A DNA stretch of 64,000 nucleotides from Phoronis australis (lineage: Eukaryota; Animalia; Phoronida). The first letter of the stretch is position 1. Each line of letters opens with the position of its first letter. Under the pieces are notes generated by a model. The model had not been told where the DNA came from. It was given only the letters and a program-made list of their open reading frames with translations, and searched no databases. The stretch is from positions 55,911 through 119,910 of the forward strand of contig NMRA01000841.1 in NCBI GenBank assembly GCA_002633005.1. Reading direction: 5' to 3'. Of this stretch, positions 35,701 to 49,976 are shown piece by piece. The position numbers were made by a program, and so were the translations under genes.

Positions 35701-38700
35701 TCATATACACTCAGGAGTTCGAGGGCAGGATGCCAACAACTAAGTCTGATTGGATTTTTGCATTTGACTGGTGGTTCTCATGGCTCAGTGGACTAGAGTG
35801 TCAGCACGGTTAGCAGAAGGTCCCAGTTGGGGCAGAAATCTTTCCAGACTTATATCCATCAGGTCACATGTTTGCAATATTAGAGATGCCTTTATGATAA
35901 CTTTATCATTTTACACAACATAATGCGCTTTAAGTATTATCCATGCTTATATTACAACTGAAAACAAATAACCATAGTAACCAACCTACCTCCCTTTCAG
36001 ACTTGATAACAAAGTTGGCATCCGTTTGAATATATCCCTGTTTTAGTGAGGAGGGAAGATTGCTTGTGAAAGACTTCTGCTGGATGAGGTTGAACAAAAT
36101 ATGGGCGGCAGCATACGACGAGGCATCTAAACCTCCGTGACCGTCAAAGACGGCAAAGTACGACAACCTGGGATTGTCCTGCATAAAAAGAACAAAGAGA
36201 AATTTGCCAATCAATGTCAATTTTTAACCAAGTCATATATACAGCCTAACATCTAAGTTATATTTTTGCATGGAATGTCCATTTTACAGTGACTTAAGAG
36301 ACAAATAGATTCCTCAAAAATATTATGCGGCATAAAGTGTTGACAAATTTATAATCGTGATACGAATGGAAAATCACACAAAAGTGTGGCATATTTGCAA
36401 ACTTAATGACTATGCACTTAAAAAGAGATGAGAACAGTGTTCAATTTTCACATACATTTACTCTCATGCTATCTTACTTTCTATCGTATTGTAACAATGG
36501 CCAGCGGTTTAGTTTACTGAAATAAACTAGCGAGAGGATGGAGGGCGAGAGGGAGGGGATGGGGTTGCAGAAGAGGGAGTGGAGCAAGGAGTGCGATGGG
36601 GAGGGGAGGTCAGAGAGGGACGGGGAGGGCAGGGTACGGTTAGGCAGAGGTAGAGAGAGAGTAACTATAACAATTATGAAAGTCATTACGTGGTCAATAT
36701 GGTCACCTATAAAAACTGAACAAAAACTAACAAATGGGCATCAACCAAAACCTTAGTTCTACAGCGCAAAAATAGTCGGACAAAGTCACCCACAATTCCC
36801 CGATATGATTACAGACTGCAACAACGTTTGAATACACGCAGGCAGAATTCAGTCAGAGGTGAACGACAAGCTCAGAGCCAGAACAGGTATGTGGAATATT
36901 GTAATTTATTCCGCTGTCTTTAGGACCCACCTTTATCTGGAAAAGACCAGCCATATCAGGTACAACAACATGCCTGTCTTCCATTTTCCGCCGAGTATTC
37001 TTTATTGCATGTACAGAGACCTTGAGTCGTGTTCTGTGGTGACAGATTGCAGGCAGGCTATTGGTCCATTTCTGACAGACGACATTGACACAGGAGAATA
37101 CAGCTCGAGCCACTGAGCTGGCTTGATACACTGGAGACAAAGTGAGCTTGCAGTGAGATAACAAGTTGGCAACTGAACCAACAAATCCACAGAAATTTTT
37201 GCCAGAACAAAACTAGTCACTAGTTTTACAAAACAAAACACTGATTTGGTTTCCTAACTTACTTCACAGCTTACTTTAACTGATTCTCATTGTATCAGCC
37301 ATAATGAACACTTTGTAGACAGTAAGACACATGAACACGGTACAACACCCAGTATTAAGGCTGATGTTAAAGTATTATTACCCTCACATTAACATAACTA
37401 CTCTGAAATAGGCAGGTTGGTAGTTAAATTATTTCATTTTTCCACTTTTCAGTTTTGGTGGTCATGTTTACAACAATAAGTATTTATTTTGTCAAATATA
37501 AAATAAAATATCTTGAGTCGCACACATATTTTCATATAGTGCACGCAAGAGGATAAAATTAGTTTTAATCAATGCCCAATCTAATGACAAATGCATAATA
37601 TTACTATTTCCACAGCAACACGAGTGTTTGTTAGCCTTTTTAGATGAAGGCTGTTATTTGAAACCTCCTTTAACATGTGTCTAGTAATAATCTGATATGA
37701 CACAACAAGAAGTATTGCCCAAATGCAGCTATAAGTGTACAACAATCCTCCCAATGTTGCATTACATAACATTTCAATGACAAACTGAAAAAATGTCAAA
37801 CCTCATTTTGCAATTATGAAACATAAATAAGAAGGCACACAGAAACTGTGTAATGGCAAGAAAGAAAGTTTCACATGGCAAGAAAGTTTCACATTCCATT
37901 ATCTTATTAAGGTAGATCAGACTAACACATGTAGTATTTCCAGTTCTGCTCACATTTGATTGTCTCTCCTTCATATTGGGCAAGGCATAGGTTGAGGTCA
38001 AAGGTCATGAACTTGTCCACAGCAGCTCTGGTAATGTAGGCAGCCAAGACATGAGGACATTTTCTGAAAAAGTGAAAGCAGGACTTCATGATGAACTTTT
38101 AAATAAATAGTAACAAGATAAATCAATACTCCCTTATTCAGCACAGAATATGATGGAAACAGAATTTCTGAATAAAAATGAACCTAAAGAAAATGCTATT
38201 TACGGTCACCGGAACTTCTTGAAACAAAAGCGTCTTTCACTTAACCCAATTTCTAACTTTGGTATCCAAGATGACTGTAGAGTAAAATCATGCCATTGCT
38301 ATATCAGATGATTATTGTATGGACATGCACTTACTGAGAACAAGGGAGATAATGAACAATCACGTTTGTGGTACTTGCCTTCACTTTGCTAGACATTGAT
38401 AACTCTCATTATGACAATTTCACACATTGAGAGCTGTTGTACCCAGTTGGAGAGCTATCAGAGTACAAAAGTACATTTTGAAAGAATGCACTCTGAACTA
38501 AAGCAGAGGAGATGCTGACACAAAATGAAATCAAAATAAGAAATATCTGCAAAAATCTCTAAAACGTTTTACGTTTCGCAAGTTATCAAGGCCGCCGTGC
38601 TAGCTTGGATGCTCACGATCTCTAAGACTTGATCTGTGAAAGACGTTGTTTTGTACTCTTTTGGTAAAAGATTTCATGTCCACATGGACTATTTAAAATG

Positions 38701-40301
38701 ATTATGACTATCTACAATTCTAGCAGTGGTTTATCAATGGGATAGGAGTTCATTCCCCCACGAGGAATGTCCTAACTGGCTGAAGATATGACGTTTTTAA
38801 ATTTTTTACTCCATCAAAGGGTTGCCCCTTGTGCAGCATTTTTCTGCAAAATTTTATGGACCTCAGGTAGTCGTAATAAAAACATGACCCAGTTATTTCG
38901 CTCGCAACGATATCAAACCTCATCACATATTTGAATAAAACACTAACTTAGACACAAACCAGCGTCTTCCAACAGACTTTTTAAATCACCCTGGCTTACA
39001 AGATTTACAGGTACTGAGTAATGTTAAATTTTGCAGTATAAAAAGTCCTTCCTGGTGGAGCTCAATTTTGAGAACGAGGCGATGAAATTAGCTCAAAATT
39101 ATTGAATTTCGTACTTGTCCACAAGCTACCTGATCATGTCAGAGAGTACAGTGGAAATAAACAGCCTTACCAAAGAAAAATAGAGACATTTTGTCTTCTT
39201 TGATATCAATAGTCAAATTTAACAAAAACTGATTTGTCATGATGTTATCTTTACTTCTCCCACAAAATTTCAATGTTTTACTGAGGTTGTAAGACTTGCA
39301 ATTTTATGCAGCAATAGTGGTAACCAAGAGTCTTTATGTTATTTGCTAATAAAATTCTCCATTGCAAATTTGTTTTATTATCTAAAGCAAAGTTGAAGAT
39401 TTTTGACCTTCCTCATGGCAGACCACTCAAGATATGCTTGGCCCCTGCTTCCTAAATATAAACACACTGAGCATGTTAACAAACAGAAGCAAGGCCAACT
39501 ACCCTCTGGACCATGGCAACCCTGGCCTACTTATTCACTATTTAACAGTATATATTGCTGGTTGAACTCTGTCAACATTATGTAAAACATCATTTGGTAA
39601 ACACATAGCTTAGGATGTTGTAACTTTCACACATTTCTAGTGCGGGTACTTAAGGGCTCATTTGACAAGTTGAACAGGTATTTTTAATGTTTACCCATTT
39701 CATTGCGTTGCATTGGGGAACAGCCAGCTCAGACTTATGCTAATCCACTGTTATTCACAACATTACACCATAGCAACTACAAGTGATATGACTAGTCGTA
39801 TCTGAACAATATGAATACACTTAGAATGTACACAGTATGCTCTTTAACGAGGCGCATCTATATTCACGTTTTAACAATTTCTAACACAAAAAACAAAGTT
39901 TCTAGATACACTGCTTTGGTCCAGATGGGAGTTATAAAAGAGCATTCAAGAAAATCGACTTCTGTTCCCACACATATTGTTTTATCCAAGCACTAACAAC
40001 AGTACGCTATAATTCCCACAAACACAAGTCTCTTTTAGAAAGCAAACGGCATTTTCTCTCACACCACAATTCCTTTCTTGCTCAAGCGAGCAATCATATC
40101 AATAACTGCAAGGAAGAAAATGCAATCGTGGGAAAAGAACACAGTGCCCAGGTCCTTCGCTCACCTGATGGTAAAGGTATTTGGACATTCTGAAAGGCAT
40201 TTTTGGTTAAGGAAATTTCCCCTCTTCCCAGCCACCACCAATACCAATGCTCATCTGCTAAGTCTCAAATAGAGAGAGAGGGAGGGAGGGAGGGAGGGAG
40301 A

Positions 40302-40341
<40 letters not shown>

Positions 40342-43300
40342 GTGAAAATCAGTCGTCAAGCATTACAGTACTAGAGACGTTTTTCTTGGGAGTGTCTGGC
40401 CCAAGGACCCAGCCCCACAGTCTATTTATTGTACAGCGTGTAGCTCAAAGCAAGCAACATTTTGAATGGAGATACAGGGGCGTGACAACTGTGTTTGTGG
40501 GGCTGAAGTAGAAGTCATAGGTGATCATGTACTAAGGCATAATGACAGGCAATTCATGAGCTGTGGTTGCGAATATTAGCTTTATCTACAGGATAACTTA
40601 TCACCAATTTGTGTAGGAAGCTGAGGCAAAGATTAAGACCAACATATGGACTACCATAAAATTTCACTAATTCAGGCCATATGGCAGACAAGTGAATTTT
40701 GTTTTCATTTTTTCATTAAAGATAGGCAGCACTAACCAATCTGTTTTTCATTTATAAATACCAAACCATACTTGTAACCAGACAATGTTCGAGAAATTAG
40801 GAGCAACACAAAAAGAGAGAAGACTCTGAAAATGAAAAAAGATCAATTTTGACAATTTTATTGGCCCAACATTTATTATGTTTTACGTTAGTACAACGGT
40901 GATCTGCAAATTTTGTGAATTTCATAATGATTTGTCATTTTCATAATGATTTGTCATTTTCATAATGATTTGTCATTTTCATAATGATTTGTCATTTTCA
41001 TAATGATTTGTCATTTTCATAATGATTTGTCATTTTCATAATGATTTGTCATTTTCATAATGATTTGTCATTTTCATAAATTGTCATTTTCATAATGATT
41101 TGTCATTTTCATAATGATTTGTCATTTTCATAATGATTAGTCATTTTCATAATGATTTGTCAGTTTCATAATGATTTGTCAAAGTCAATTTCACTTCTAC
41201 CACAGACTACTATCACCTACAAACTGTACCTAAACTCAGATTGAGTAAACATTTTGAACCAAAAACATTGTATTTGAACTGATTTGGTGTTAAGCAGTAT
41301 TTACTTTCATTACACTGTACAAATAGTTATCATCTCACTTCAGCCAAGCGCAAATAACTGGAGGATATTTCGACATTTTTTCATTCCGATTTATTCACTT
41401 CAATCACAATGTAGGCTTTGAATCAACTATTATTTAGTCAATGGATAGAAAAGGCATAAATAAAACTGTTGGTGTGAAAATAAGGTTATGTAGGCCCTTA
41501 TCAGACAAGTGTGTATTAAACCAAATATGTCAGTAAAATATTTCAGCACATATTTTGTGAAAGTAGAGAAATTGATTTTTAACTTTTTAGCAATCTCTAA
41601 CAATTGGGTAACATGAACTTTTAGTAATATTTAGCAAAAAAGGAACCTTCATACCAAACCAACAAGATTTCCAAATTTCATTTGATGTAAATGCTCAAGA
41701 CGAAATTTCAAACACAATGTTACAATTTTCTAAATTACAAATTTCATTTTCCGTTTTACACAAAAAGCATTCAATGCTCTATTTTGGCTAACCCCTTATA
41801 CAAAAGTTGAACATTACAATTTTTTGGAGAATAGTGCATAAAGCATAGTATCAGAATGATCCATGCAAGTCAAATAGGCCAACACTGAGATGGGATGTTC
41901 CAAGTTTAGCAAAATTTGGACATTTTTCTAAGACCCGGCATAACCTTAATCAATGAAACTATTCATTCACAGATGTGCACTTACATGCAACATTACATCA
42001 ACAACAAAACAGAATTGTTTTACAACAGTTGTAGCACAAGATAGAGTTGTAGGCAAGAGATGGTCGTCGTCATGATGCTTTATCACAACAAACCTTTACA
42101 ACTGATAGTACCGTAAACTCGCGGGTTAACGCCCTCAGCGCTTAAATTGGGAAACTCTGAGACAGGGGGTGAGAGAGTACCCAAGCAGTGGGCGCTTAAA
42201 CCGAAAGTTGACAAAAAGTCGAGGATGGGCAATTACCCCAGCATGGGCGTTAATCCGCAAGTTTACGGTATGATCTAAGACCTCTCCATAAATCACTTTA
42301 ATATACTGCTCGGTAGCAAAGTAGCAAAATGTTTGCGATAGGGTTAATCTCTGTTGACATCAGAACAGTTAACATATGCATAAGTCCCCACATACACCAT
42401 TTTTGAAACTCTATTAAGAAAATGTAATAGCATGTCGATTGAAGATAGCCAGCATGACATGCAACCCCATCACATGCACAAAGATCAAAAAGTCACTCGT
42501 TCCGTTTTATGGCTGCAATGGATTACCAATTAGACTATTTTCTGGCAACCTAATCAATGGTTGCTTAGAACATCAGATAAAGTGGAGGAATCTGGCCTGT
42601 ATACACAACACTTCTAAGGTAACTATCGTAAACCAGTGAACAAGGCATGAGGTTTAATATTCACCTGCTGTATAACTATTGGTGATGATATGCCTATACT
42701 AACGTCTGCATTATACTTTGGACTTTATCAAGTAAATAGTTTTCCTAACAAAACATCTATGTAACCACAAAGTAAACATAAAAACATACCTTGAGAAACG
42801 ACAAAACTTCACATGATTGCATGAATTTGTTTTCTTGTATATACACATAAATATATAAGGTACAGTGTCAGATGTTTCAGTTGCATACTTTCTTACTGGT
42901 GACGTTTTACTGAAGTTTAGCAAAACACCTGGGCTGGGTTGCATAAGACTTCAAAGTTATCCGCTGGATAAGTTTGATTGTTGCATGACGTCAGAAGCAT
43001 TGTTCAACAATAACGTGCAAGTGCTGTAGAACAAAACACTGGCTTCTCACGATTTTAGTTATGAGCGTGGGATAGCATTTGCATTGTGTGATAATACAGG
43101 AAGTTATATTTAATGTAGACATAGCTGGTAGATTATTTTTATAATATTCTTACTTGTACCAACCTACAGTCCCCAGAATATGGACACCAGAATGAAAGGT
43201 TCTATGGAGGCAAATAGACAACCACTAAGCCTGTTAACTTGAATGAGGCCCTGGTATGAGATAGTTCAACTGAACAGGAATCAAGTGTTTATAAAAACCA

Positions 43301-46300
43301 GTTTCTAAATGTCAATTCAAGCTTTAGGCAAAACAAAGACAGAATACAAACACAATACTGTAGTAACTATGATGATGTTCAATAGCAACCCATCATGAGG
43401 TATTGAATAAATTATGAGTATTTCCTAACATAGTGCACTAACATTCAAAGGACATTCAAACACTATGGTACTAGATAAAATAGTAGAAAACTAAAGTACA
43501 TCACACAATGGTAAAATCTCGCCAATTACATACACAACTAATTGTCAAAATTATCCTTTTCATTTTCAAATACCTAACATTGTTGGAATCATGCCCACAA
43601 CTTTTCAACAACACAGCCAAATGTTGATTACAAGCTACACTGGTCTATGAAAATTCTTGAGTCAAGAAAATTTCCATCACAATGTGTCATAAATAAAACA
43701 AACATACTTGAAGGGACAGGATATAATTCAGGAAATACAGGGCGGTAACTAGATTTGCATTATAGTAAGTTATGAAAGATCATTGACAATTTGGAACTAA
43801 AAGTTCTTATCTTCCTGGTGTATCCCATTAACATGAAGCCAACAGGTTGAACTGAAATGGGGATAAGTTAAAACAGATCTGTCTCAGTTCTGTTTGACAA
43901 ATTTCTTAAGACAAAATTAGGCCAAGATTGGTTTTAGCCAAGATCAAAAGTTACCCTGTTATGAGAAGGCTAAAATGCAGCGCTGGGAAGTTAGGATTCT
44001 CACTATTAAAAGTCAGTAAAATAACCTGAAACTTTTATAGACTATGCACTTTAAAAGAGACCTACTTGTTGGGAGCCTCTAGTAAAAATATACTCCCGAG
44101 TCCTGACATAATCTTTTTGAAAGTGTTTTAAACCCAATTAAAATTGAATATGCAACCCTAATAGGGATTCTATTCTTTTTCTATCACAACAAAGTTGGAT
44201 ACCTTTGTGGAGTTCCATCCCGAAAATGAACCCTTCTTCAAGAAATTTAATTGGAAAAGGCAAACTTCCATGAAGAACATGGCGGAGAAAATCACCATTG
44301 AGAATGAGCGACATATCTTGTGCATGGCAAAAATTCCAAATTCTAGCTTTCAGGGAGTTCCATCGAACTTGGAATCCCGGTGCAAAACAGATATCCTGGA
44401 GTTGAAAATAGACTGGTTAGCTGTTTAGAAGGTGCAGGAGTCTGTTTGCGACTCCAGGATATCTGGGGTTCCAATTTCAATGGAACACTTTGGCTTTAGG
44501 GGGTTCCCACTAAAAGTCACCAGTTTTGGAGAGCAGTAATTTCTATTCTGTTTTGTGGCAGGCAGAGGACAAGTAAGACAAGTCTCCTGTTGGTATGCTT
44601 CACTTTTGACTCTGAAGAATGAAACTATCAGAAAGAAATTATGATTTGTTACAGTTCAAAGGATTTTAAAATCTTTGAAAAGACACTGGCCACCCACAGA
44701 GATAGGATGAAGCACTGAAGGTGAGGGGGAGGGTTGAGTCGCATTTCACAGTTTATGACTGCATTTTTTTAATTTTCATGTATCACAAGAGACATTTGTT
44801 CTTCCCCAGTCGTCCTGGTCCTAACATTTGTTCTAGTTCATGGTCTCACTGAACTTCTGAACTTCAAACCACAGTCAACTTTTACAGGAAAATTGCCAGT
44901 TTCACGTAAATTTGCGCATGTCAAAAATGCAATTTAACAGTCACAAAAAACTCCCAACAAGGTGCTCCTTAAATTCGGCTTAAAAGATATACTTATTATT
45001 AAACCAAGGAGACGCTGATGGTTTAGCCAGGGCCAGGCATAATTTGCTGAAAAACTTCTGGGCCAATGGGCATGAACATGGGTCAATGCATGCTAGCTCG
45101 ATACCACACTACACACAATACATTGTCTATGCTTGTTGAATGTGTACAGGCTTGCAATGGAAATTACTGTTTGATTGATAAATTAAATTATATTAAATGA
45201 CATGTAAAGAAACAGTGATCTGTGAATAATAGATTGGAAGTAATTACACTGTCGAAACTGCAATTATGTCCCTTTCAACATTTTGTATTCATATGACAAA
45301 GTGTGACCTTGGCAGGGATAATTTTAGAAAAATATAGTGAGGGGTCTCAAATCCATGGGACAATTTGGAGGATCTTGGGGTCACTTTACCGCATTTGATT
45401 TGATTTTTGATGAAGTCAAATTTTCCCGTGTGATGTGGTGCGCCGCCCATGAGTAATTTGAACCCAAAGGCCAACATAAGCAGAAGTCACATGATACAGC
45501 AATAGAACCCATATATCGTCAACGTTGTTGCTTTGGTAAAAGCACATTAGTTTTGACCTACTGCTTTGCATTGCTTCGTATTAGAATCTGAATGAAAATA
45601 AGTCACTGCAGTTACAACACACTTTGAACGTGCCTGTTGGCAACCACAAAATTTGTTCACGTGTGTTGACTTCCTATAATTTTGCCTACCTTGGCTGTGA
45701 GAAAACACGGCTGTCACATTTGAATATGGTGGCCAAGTAAATTGCACTCAGGGCAATCTGAGAAGAGGATTGAATTTAACTTGCAAGAGTAAAGGATTTA
45801 TGAACATCAAATAGGAGAAAGTATACTGAACACTGGTAAGTTAGGTAATCATATCGCCATGACACATGCATACAGGGGCGACACTACACCCCCATAAAAA
45901 CTTACTCTTCTCAAATACAGCGAATAACATTGAATGAAACATGCATTTATACACATGTTATAATTAACACATAGCATGAGTCAAAATTTCAACGTATCCA
46001 TGAAAATCTGTTGTGATTTGCTCGAGCTTCCCTCACAGGGTGCCATTTTGATGAAGTTGCACAAAATCTCACTTGTTGACAAACAAAAAGTCCAAAGATA
46101 CAAAACTTACAAATTCCACCAGATATCTTCCCATGCTACATTTCGCAAATGCTACGTGCAAGGTCACGCGCTTTGCTCAGCTTCGCGCTCATCTCAACCT
46201 CATTCGATGATGGCAATTTAAATTCTCTGTGGTTATCAGGCACGGTGAAAAAGTTAACAGAGACCAAGAAAGTGGAGCTGGGATTCTTTGCCAAAGTCAT

Positions 46301-46923
46301 CATAATTCCCATAAACATGTGAAGATGTGTGTAGAATCAGAAATGTCTTATTCAGTGACTAGATTTGGCTAACCACCCATTTAAAATAGAAGGGAACAAA
46401 TTAGTACAGAACGTGATAAGGAGTATTGTACCCCCTGTATAGCCAGCTGAGGCACTACGTGTCGCACACTGCCTCTGGTAAGTGAAGTCTGAACTTGTTG
46501 GGCTTTCTGTGGTTTTCATTCAAAAATTCATAAGTTACCGCCAGTTCCAAGCAATAATTATCGGTTGGCAAACTGCGCAGGTAGCCCATCAACCCTACAC
46601 CCAAGGACAAGCAGGGATTGTGGACCGAATACAGAGTTCGTAAGGTGTGCCTTCGTGAGACTGTGAACAGGTAAAACTGAAAGGAGACTGAAAATTGAAT
46701 AATTCAATAACAATGAATAATTGTCAACTGAAACTTACGACAGTGCCAAATATTGCATACACAAGTCTATGCATTCTCCCTCAAGTTCTTCTTCTGTTAT
46801 GTAGTAAGGCACAATTCGGTATGGAAGACTGTCACCCTCATTAAAAGAACCACTATGATTTTTACTGAATTCCTCTAAAAAATGAGAAAACTCTGGTGAT
46901 AACCTGTCGACCACCTCAGCCAT
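32793..46923 (-). CDS. PPM1E: Protein phosphatase 1E/1F-like (PP2C family, CaMK phosphatase/POPX), 7 coding exons
   Basis: Exons (minus): 46923-46739, 38063-37927 (alternative same-phase donor at 37954), 37130-36931 ([14 protein letters not shown]), 36178-35990 ([10 protein letters not shown]), 35368-35225 (SGSTG...AWLGDSQ...PHKPERE), 34377-34284 ([14 protein letters not shown]), 33829-32793 ([12 protein letters not shown]...[13 protein letters not shown] plus low-complexity tail). Phases consistent. Probably the single pro-ortholog of vertebrate PPM1E/PPM1F. Confidence 0.95.
35773..35850 (+). mobile_element. tRNA-derived SINE-like remnant
   Basis: A-box-like TGGCTCAGTGG followed by tRNA-like sequence. 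B-box missing. Confidence 0.3.
40271..40337. repeat. (GA)n/(GGGA)n microsatellite
   Basis: Direct observation. Confidence 0.97.
40920..41180. repeat. 19-bp minisatellite, about 13-14 copies
   Basis: Unit TCATAATGATTTGTCATTT, near-perfect copies, one shortened unit near 41075. Confidence 0.97.
42111..42268. mobile_element. Tc1/mariner-type MITE (TA TSD)
   Basis: TA|CCGTAAACTCGCGGGTTAACGCCC ... GGGCGTTAATCCGCAAGTTTACGG|TA. Confidence 0.8.
46050..46420 (+). repeat. Old dispersed repeat, direct copy of about 53010-54650 (that copy is split by a hAT-like insertion)
   Basis: Shared collinear blocks: AAAAAGTCCAAAG, ATTCTT(T/C)GCCAAAGTCA, TCTTA.TCAGTGA, TTTAAAATA, TTAGTACAGAA. Confidence 0.7.
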
Positions 46924-48063
46924 CGTCCATAACTTGTTTGTATAAGCCGGTCTGGCTCAATTAATATATATAGAAATTATTGATTGATTCGTTTTATATA
47001 GAAGCTGAGAAATAAATAGGATTCAGCAATTGCATAAAAGACTATTCAAGGTACTAAATTTTGGAATATTGCATGAGTATGCTTGTATTAGTGCTTTATT
47101 AATTTTATTACTCTGCAGAAGTGTCAAACGGAAATGGGGAGGATGACGTATGTGAGGCGCGTGTGCTTGAAAAGCATGGCTGCCCATTTTATTCCTTAAT
47201 CCAGGGCTAGGTAATACTTGAATGTACTGAATAGCTTCTGTTACACAAGAACCACCGTTTATACTGCGCTATATCATTCAAAAGCCGCATCTCTTTCTGA
47301 GCTGTAAGTGTTACTACACAGGCAATAGGCAATGACCAGGCGTGCGTTCAGTAGACGCTAGGACCTACGCTAGGACCTAGCTAAAACCTAGTCAAAGTCA
47401 CGTGTTCTCATTTAGAATGCACGGCAATATCTCACGTAATCTCCCGAAGTCTTGCTTTTTAACGAGGTCCTAGCGTTACTGAACGGGAGGCAGGCATAGC
47501 CTCTGTTCTCTGTTCGAGTCTGTTGGCAACAGAGGCGATGGTCATTGCCAACACAGGCACATGCCCTTGAGTTTATCTGATCTGTTCCCAAATCACCACT
47601 GACGTCACTCACTAGACACTACTAAGAGAACATAAAGGTTGTACACACAAAATCTTTTTCTCAAATTTTTCTGCTCAATTGTGCACGGAACTCCACGAAA
47701 TCAGCATCGAACAAATCTTTGAATACCTTCTTTCATTACTTCAATTGCCTTCGAATGGACAAAAAATGCCAAAATCACAAACCTTAAGTTGTGACCTAAG
47801 ATGTTCATGGCAGACGACCTTCTATCATCTGGGTTCTTGGCGGACGCTCCCTACGCAATTATGAATTATGGAGTTCTGTTTTCGCGCGCCCATGAATGTT
47901 ATTTGAGTGCCTTGAGTAATTTAGTATCAGTTTGAATGTATTTAAACTCTTAATTATGCAAAACAACATTGTTTATAACCGTGGTACTATGGGTTGCTGG
48001 CTTCTAACTCTGGCCTATTGCCAGAAATCCGGCATTTACCAATGGTGATTTACCACGACTAAA

Positions 48064-48616
48064 CCACAGGCGTCCTCAGCTTCTGATCGTCCCCAATACA
48101 CTACATATAATACTACAAGGTTATGTCACTTCCGACTAGAAATTCCATGGGTGCTTTACTTACGCCCTCCATAGCTAACATAAAACTCGATAAATTTACA
48201 CAAAACAAGGTTTCAACAAACCATTGGCAATTGTTCTTCCAATACCTTTCACGGTGTCCTATTCCGGCGACTTCGTAAGAAATTCGCAGTCAAAGAACAA
48301 AAATGTTCACAAAAACCCCAAACACACTTCCATCATTGCCAGTCCAAGATGAAAGTGTGTTTGGGGTTTTTGTGAACATTTTTGTTCTTTGACTGCGAAT
48401 TTCTTACGAAGTCGCCGTAACAGGACACCGTGAATGGTATTGGAAGAACAATTGCCAATGGTTCGTTGAAACCTGTTTTGTGTAAATTTATTGAGTTTTA
48501 TGTTAGCTATGGAGGGCTTAAGTGAAGCATCCGTGGAATTTCTAGTCGGGAGTGTCATACCTTTTTGTATTATATGTGGTGTATTGGGAACGATCAGAAG
48601 CTGAGGACGCCTGTGG
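48064..48616. mobile_element. 553-bp foldback/palindromic MITE with 6-bp TSD
   Basis: About 265-bp arms CCACAGGCGTCCTCAGCTTCTGATCG... / ...CGATCAGAAGCTGAGGACGCCTGTGG with a short loop near 48335-48345. ACTAAA at 48058-48063 and 48617-48622. Confidence 0.9.
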
Positions 48617-48699
48617 ACTAAACGTGTGGTCAGATATCGGAAATGTCTGTTAAAAACCGAGTGTGTTGTGCTTCAACAAAGAGTAGCACATAATGTTAA

Positions 48700-49660
48700 A
48701 GTGTACACAACATGACTCTAGTACCTCAAGATAAATTTTATTATTATATCTTACTAGATTTCAGTGCATTTAGTGCACAGCTCATAAAGAAACACGCAAA
48801 AATTGAAAAAATAATAATTATGTACAACGTCATGGGTTGAACCCAAGTCGTTCACCATACTGTTCGGATCACAGACAAAGTGTATAGAGTGAAGAGAAAG
48901 CAAAGTACATTTAGCGTCGAGAAGGTTCGTAGAGGGATCAAAAGATGTGTTTCCGGAGGCTGCAGCAACAGCAGCCAGGCAGAGAACGTCTCGGTGTTCC
49001 GAAGGACACCAAAGTTGCACAGAAGTGGCATTGCTTCGTGCGCCGAACGAGAGTGTGGGACGTCATCGTGGACCAAGCGATTCGGTCTTGGGCCACTCTG
49101 TGTTCTGCCCACTTTGAGGACTCGTGTTTCGACTCCAGTCACAGGAGACGTTACGATGAAGGTCTGGTTCAATAAAGGGCAATATTTATCATTCAGAAAC
49201 ATCAGCTCTTAATTCAGAATCGTCTGTTGGATGACTGGGTTGACTCGCCGAGCCGAGGCCGCTTCTCTCGCGGGAGGATCCAGTTCGTAAGGCACAAAGT
49301 AGAAAAGTACGCAGCCCGAAGCACATTAAACTTGTTCTCGCTTTCGTGCAACCCCATTTCCTCATTCTGGCCACCATTCCCGTACGTTTCTTCATAGTAT
49401 TCGTTCAATTCTTGCTCATAATCGTCGTCGCTTTCAAATTCCCTGCTCTCCGCCATTGTTCAAAGCTAGTCACTGATCTCTTGTGTTCAACCCATTACGT
49501 CACATGGCGGGAAATGTGAAAATTGGCAAAATTGAAAGAAAAATCAAAATTTCGAGCTAATTACACAAAATAAACATGGGTTTAGCTAAATTTTACGTCA
49601 TTCATTTAGTCTGTGGCCACCGGTAATTCAAAATGTGCAAAAATCCATGGTGTGTACTGT
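48700..49660 (+). mobile_element. Kolobok-type deletion derivative (frameshifted THAP on +, acidic KolX-like N-terminus on -)
   Basis: TTAA at 48696-48699 and 49661-49664. Imperfect TIR AGTGTACACAACATG / CATGGTGTGTACTGT. THAP is split over two frames (KRCVSGGCSN / PKDTKVAQKW..FVRR..ATLCSAHFEDSCF). Convergent acidic ORF 49214-49456. Confidence 0.75.
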
Positions 49661-49976
49661 TTAAGATCAAACACAAGATACTCCGGTTCTTGCAATTAAG
49701 TTCTAGGTTAAAGGCGAAGGCAACCTTTTTCCATGTCATATTGAGCTAAAATAAGGTTGGTTGGTTATCCTAGACATATTTTTCACTTAATTACAGCTTT
49801 TCGTAATTTTATTAATTATTCGTCCGCTTTTCCGGAAGTGACGTTTTAGGAGGCAAGCGCTTCCCGCCAATTTCTTTTCACATAGTCTGACTGTGAGAGC
49901 TGCCGAGTCAGTCATTGTTCTACCTCGGTTGTGTTAAGTTCCGTCGTCGTTCGCTTTCATTTACTAGTCAGTCAAC

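Noticed and set aside
35773-35850. Functional tRNA gene (also 8905-8975)
   Set aside because: No complete cloverleaf or intact paired A and B boxes. At most SINE remnants.
40920-41180. Regular short repeats (also 20635-20840, 28003-28150) as CRISPR-like arrays
   Set aside because: Head-to-tail units without unique spacers, eukaryotic intronic/UTR context, no cas genes. Ordinary minisatellites.
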